Below, in pieces: positions 7,175 through 10,004 of a DNA stretch of 10,004 nt; position 1 is the stretch's first letter, and the number at the start of each line of letters is the position of its first letter. The notes under the pieces are model-generated. The model was given only the letters and a program-made list of their open reading frames with translations. It had not been told where the DNA came from and searched no databases. Source of the DNA: Polyangiaceae bacterium (lineage in GTDB: Bacteria; Myxococcota_A; Polyangia; Polyangiales; Polyangiaceae). The position numbers were made by a program, and so were the translations under genes. The stretch is from contig JAPSGB010000072.1 in the NCBI GenBank assembly GCA_035063585.1, forward strand, positions 1 through 10,004. Direction: 5' to 3'.

Positions 7175-7846
7175 GTGTCGCTCGTCTTCGATGACCGTGG
7201 GCTGGTCCCCGCCGTCTGCCAGGACGCCCTCACCGGCGAGGTGCGGATGGTGGCGTGGATGAACCGCGAGGCGCTCGCGCGCACGCTCGAGAGCGGGCTC
7301 GCCACGTTCTTCAGCCGATCCCGCGGTCGCCTCTGGCAAAAGGGCGAGGAGAGCGGGCACCTGCTCAGGGTGACGCGCGTCGTGGCCGACTGCGACGGCG
7401 ACACGCTGCTCGTGCTGGTTCGCCCCGAGGGGCCGTCGTGCCACACCGGGCGGCCGAGCTGCTTCTTTCGCGGCGTGAGCGCTGGAGGAGCGCTCGAGGA
7501 GCGGCCGGTCGAGCCGGCGCCGTTCCTCCTCGAGCTCGAGGCGGTGCTGGTCCGGCGACAGGCGAGCACGGCCGAGTCGAGCTACACGCGCTCACTCCTC
7601 GACGGCGGCGCCGCCCGCATCGCCGAGAAGCTCGACGAGGAGGCCGGCGAGCTCGGCCGCGCGCTCGCGAGCGAGAGCGACGAGCGGGTCGCGAGCGAGG
7701 CGGCCGACCTCCTCTATCACACGCTGGTCGGGCTCCGGCTGCGCGGGGTGGAGCTCCGCCGGGTGCTCGAGCTCCTCGCCGCGCGCTCGGGCACCAGCGG
7801 CCACGCCGAGAAGGCCGCGCGGCCGCCCCGCCCCGGCGACCCGTAG
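7175..7846 (+). CDS. hisIE: Bifunctional phosphoribosyl-AMP cyclohydrolase / phosphoribosyl-ATP diphosphatase
   Basis: HisI motifs GLVPAV.QD..TGEV.M.AWMN, FSRSR..LW.KGE.SG, DCDGD and CHTG..SCF. HisE motifs SYT..L, EKL.EEA.EL and EAADLLYH. Confidence 0.96.
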   Translation: MSLVFDDRGLVPAVCQDALTGEVRMVAWMNREALARTLESGLATFFSRSRGRLWQKGEESGHLLRVTRVVADCDGDTLLVLVRPEGPSCHTGRPSCFFRGVSAGGALEERPVEPAPFLLELEAVLVRRQASTAESSYTRSLLDGGAARIAEKLDEEAGELGRALASESDERVASEAADLLYHTLVGLRLRGVELRRVLELLAARSGTSGHAEKAARPPRPGDP

Positions 7847-7871
7847 GCCGCCGCCGAGGACGCGGCGGTGT

Positions 7872-7900
7872 TTGACCCCCGTGGAAGCCCCCGATATCGT
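7872..7900 (+). promoter_or_regulatory. Sigma70-type promoter for the pseudo-receiver/coiled-coil gene
   Basis: TTGACC (7872-7877), 17-bp spacer, TATCGT (7895-7900), ending 44 nt upstream of ATG7945. GGAG at 7930-7933 is a possible RBS. Confidence 0.7.
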
Positions 7901-7944
7901 AACCGGCCTTCCTGTCCCACCCCGCCCGCGGAGCCGCCGTCCCC

Positions 7945-10004
7945 ATGCCGAAAAAGGTCCTGGTTTTCGAGAGTGATCCGAGCTTCGCCCGCGAGCTCGA
8001 GACGGGCCTCGCCCGCTTCGGGTGCGAGACGACCTTGGTCGACGACGCGAACGCCGGGCTCCAGGCGGCGGCGGCCGAGCGACCGGATCTCATCCTGCTC
8101 TCTATCGAGCTGCCGCGCATGAACGGCTTCTCGGTGTGCAACAAGCTGAAGCGCGATCCGGCGCTGAAGGACATCCCGCTCCTCATCATGAGCAGCGACT
8201 CCACCGAGGAGACCTTCGAGCAGCACCGCAGGCTCCGCACGCGCGCCGAGGACTACGTCCACAAGCCCATCAGCGTCGACGAGCTCCTCGCGCGCGTAAG
8301 TGGGTTCGTCGACCTCGGCGCACGCACGGAGAGCGCGTCGCAAGCGCCGCTGAGCGACGACGCGATCGTGCTCGACGACGAGATCGAGATCGACGACCTC
8401 GACGTCGCCGCGGAGGACGACGAGCAGTCCGCGCCGCCGAGCGAGATCGACGAAGAGGTCGCAGACTTCACCGAGCAGGCCTTCGACGCGCTCATGGACG
8501 AAGCGCCGCCCGTCGAAGCGGCTCCCGTCGAAGCGGCTCCCGTCGAGGCGGCGCCCGTCGAGGCGCCGGCCGCACCGGCTCCCGTGCCGGAGCCGGCTCC
8601 GCTGGTCGAGGCGCCCGCGCCGCGAACCTCGCCACCTCCGGCGCCGCGCGCTCGCATGAGCTCGATCCCGCCGCGTCCCGCCGAGAGCGGCGAGGCGACG
8701 CGGCTCCGCGAGGAGCTCGAGAAGCTCCAGTCGAAGCACGAGAAGCTCGAGGAGGAGCTCCGCACCGCGCGCTCGCACATCGACGAGCTCGAGGACGAGG
8801 CCAGCCGCGGTGCCGCCAAGGACGCGGAGGTGCAGCGGCTGCACCGCGAGCTCGACGAGGCCAAGGCGAAGGCGGCGTCCGGCGCGAAGGGTGGCGGCTC
8901 GGCGCGCGAGTTCCTCGACCTGCGCGAGGCGCTCAACAAGAAGGACAAGGAGATCCTCGATCTCAGGGATCAGCTCACCAAGAAGGACAAGGACCTGCTG
9001 AACCTGCGCGACAGCGGGCTCGGCCTCGAGCGCGAGAAGGCGGATCTCAACGATCGAATCCTCGATCTCGACAAGCAGGCAGCCGACGCGCAGAGGACCC
9101 TCGAGGCGCTCAAGGCGGACAAGGAGCAGGCGAGCAAGCGCGCCGACGACTTCAAGCGTAAGAGCGAGAAGCTCCAAGCGGACCTCGAGGCGCGCGGCGA
9201 GGAGATCGCCTCGCTCAAGGAGAAGCACGAGGGTGAGCTCGCCACGCGCGACGCGCGCGAGGCGTCGCTCCGCGTGGAGCATCAGGAGGCGCTCGAGCAA
9301 GCGGCCGCCGCGCAGGCAGCCGCGGTGGAGGCCGCGGAAGCTCAGGGTCGCGAGAACGTGGTCCAGGCCATCGCCGAGACGAACGAGCGGGCCGAGGCGG
9401 AGCAAGCCGCCGCGCTCGAGCAGGCAGGTGAGGCCGCCGCTGCGGCTCAGGCGGCGGCCATCGCCGCGCGCGAGGCCGAGCTCAAGAAGGAGTCCGACGC
9501 CAAGCTCGCCGCGCTGCACCGCGCCAACGAAGAGGCCATGAACAAGCTGCGCGCCGAGCACGCGCAAGCAAGCGAGGACGCCGAGGCAGCGGCGGCCGAG
9601 CGACTCGCCGCGCGCGAGGCCGAGCTCACGCGCACGCACGAGTCGGCGGTGGCGGCGCTCTCGGCGAGCCACGCGACCGAGGTCACGTCGCTCACCGACG
9701 CGCACGATGTCACCCAGGCGACGCTCGCGAGCACCGAGCAGACGCTCACCGAGACGCGCGCCGCGAAGGAAGCCGGCGAGGCCACCCGCGACGCTCGCAT
9801 CGCCTCCCTCGAGGCCGACCTCGCCGAGCGCACCGGCGAACGCGACGCCGCCAACCACACGATCGAGGCGCGCGACGCCCGCGTCGCCTCCCTCGAGGCC
9901 GACCTCGCCGAGCGCACCGGCGAGCGCGACGCCGCCAACCACACGATCGAGGCGCGCGACGCCCGCATCGCCTCCCTCGAGGCCGACCTCGCCGAGCGCA
10001 CCGG
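7945..10004 (+). CDS. FrzS/AglZ-type atypical (pseudo-)receiver domain protein with acidic/Pro-rich linker and long coiled coil; 3'-truncated, at least 686 aa; absent from the ORF track
   Basis: Translated by hand with no stop seen before the window end: MPKKVLVFESDPSFARELETGLARFGCETTLVDDANAGLQAAAAERPDLILLSIELPRMNGFSVCNKLKRDPALKDIPLLIMSSDSTEETFEQHRRLRTRAEDYVHKPISVDELLARV. This is a receiver fold with Ser53 at the phospho-Asp position. A D/E-rich and Pro-rich linker follows, then heptad-rich sequence (LREELEKLQSKHEKLEEEL; SAREFLDLREALNKKDKEILDLRDQL). Confidence 0.92.
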   Translation, partial: MPKKVLVFESDPSFARELETGLARFGCETTLVDDANAGLQAAAAERPDLILLSIELPRMNGFSVCNKLKRDPALKDIPLLIMSSDSTEETFEQHRRLRTRAEDYVHKPISVDELLARVSGFVDLGARTESASQAPLSDDAIVLDDEIEIDDLDVAAEDDEQSAPPSEIDEEVADFTEQAFDALMDEAPPVEAAPVEAAPVEAAPVEAPAAPAPVPEPAPLVEAPAPRTSPPPAPRARMSSIPPRPAESGEATRLREELEKLQSKHEKLEEELRTARSHIDELEDEASRGAAKDAEVQRLHRELDEAKAKAASGAKGGGSAREFLDLREALNKKDKEILDLRDQLTKKDKDLLNLRDSGLGLEREKADLNDRILDLDKQAADAQRTLEALKADKEQASKRADDFKRKSEKLQADLEARGEEIASLKEKHEGELATRDAREASLRVEHQEALEQAAAAQAAAVEAAEAQGRENVVQAIAETNERAEAEQAAALEQAGEAAAAAQAAAIAAREAELKKESDAKLAALHRANEEAMNKLRAEHAQASEDAEAAAAERLAAREAELTRTHESAVAALSASHATEVTSLTDAHDVTQATLASTEQTLTETRAAKEAGEATRDARIASLEADLAERTGERDAANHTIEARDARVASLEADLAERTGERDAANHTIEARDARIASLEADLAERT
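8509..8568 (+). repeat. 15-bp in-frame tandem repeat x4 (PVEAA)
   Basis: cccgtcgaagcggct, cccgtcgaagcggct, cccgtcgaggcggcg, cccgtcgaggcgccg. Confidence 0.9.
9787..10004 (+). repeat. 84-bp (28-aa) near-identical in-frame tandem repeat, at least 2.6 copies, running off the window
   Basis: Units at 9787-9870, 9871-9954 and 9955-10004 (partial), encoding RDAR(I/V)ASLEADLAERTGERDAANHTIEA. Units 1 and 2 differ at only 3 nt. Confidence 0.95.

Noticed and set aside
7717..9942. 741-aa minus-strand ORF
   Set aside because: It is the antisense shadow of the plus-strand receiver/coiled-coil gene, typical of high-GC DNA, has no recognisable domain, and overlaps hisIE.
9787..10004. Tandem repeats as a possible CRISPR array
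   Set aside because: The units are contiguous with no unique spacers, are in frame within a CDS, and no cas genes are present.

Overview
Very GC-rich bacterial DNA, most likely from a myxobacterium (Myxococcota, Polyangiaceae-like). That assignment is inferred from gene content and linker style. In order, the window holds: (+) the 3' end of a membrane-anchored Pro/Ala-rich protein with an AgmX/PglI/TonB_C-like C-terminal domain; (+) a thiolase; (+) a DUF1232/YkvA membrane protein; (-) an SDR oxidoreductase; (-) a tightly coupled pair of a signal-peptide HEAT-repeat protein with a CxxC motif and a 775-aa di-heme c lipoprotein resembling the hydrazine synthase alpha subunit; (+) a bifunctional hisIE; and (+) the 5' part of a FrzS/AglZ-type pseudo-receiver and coiled-coil protein, which the ORF track misses and which ends in near-identical 84-bp repeats. 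Sigma54-type -24/-12 elements precede both the heme-lipoprotein operon and the SDR gene. The best candidate for an undescribed system is the sigma54-controlled, extracytoplasmic HzsA-like di-heme lipoprotein plus CxxC-HEAT protein module, with no hzsB/hzsC in the window. No RNA genes, mobile elements or CRISPR arrays were seen.
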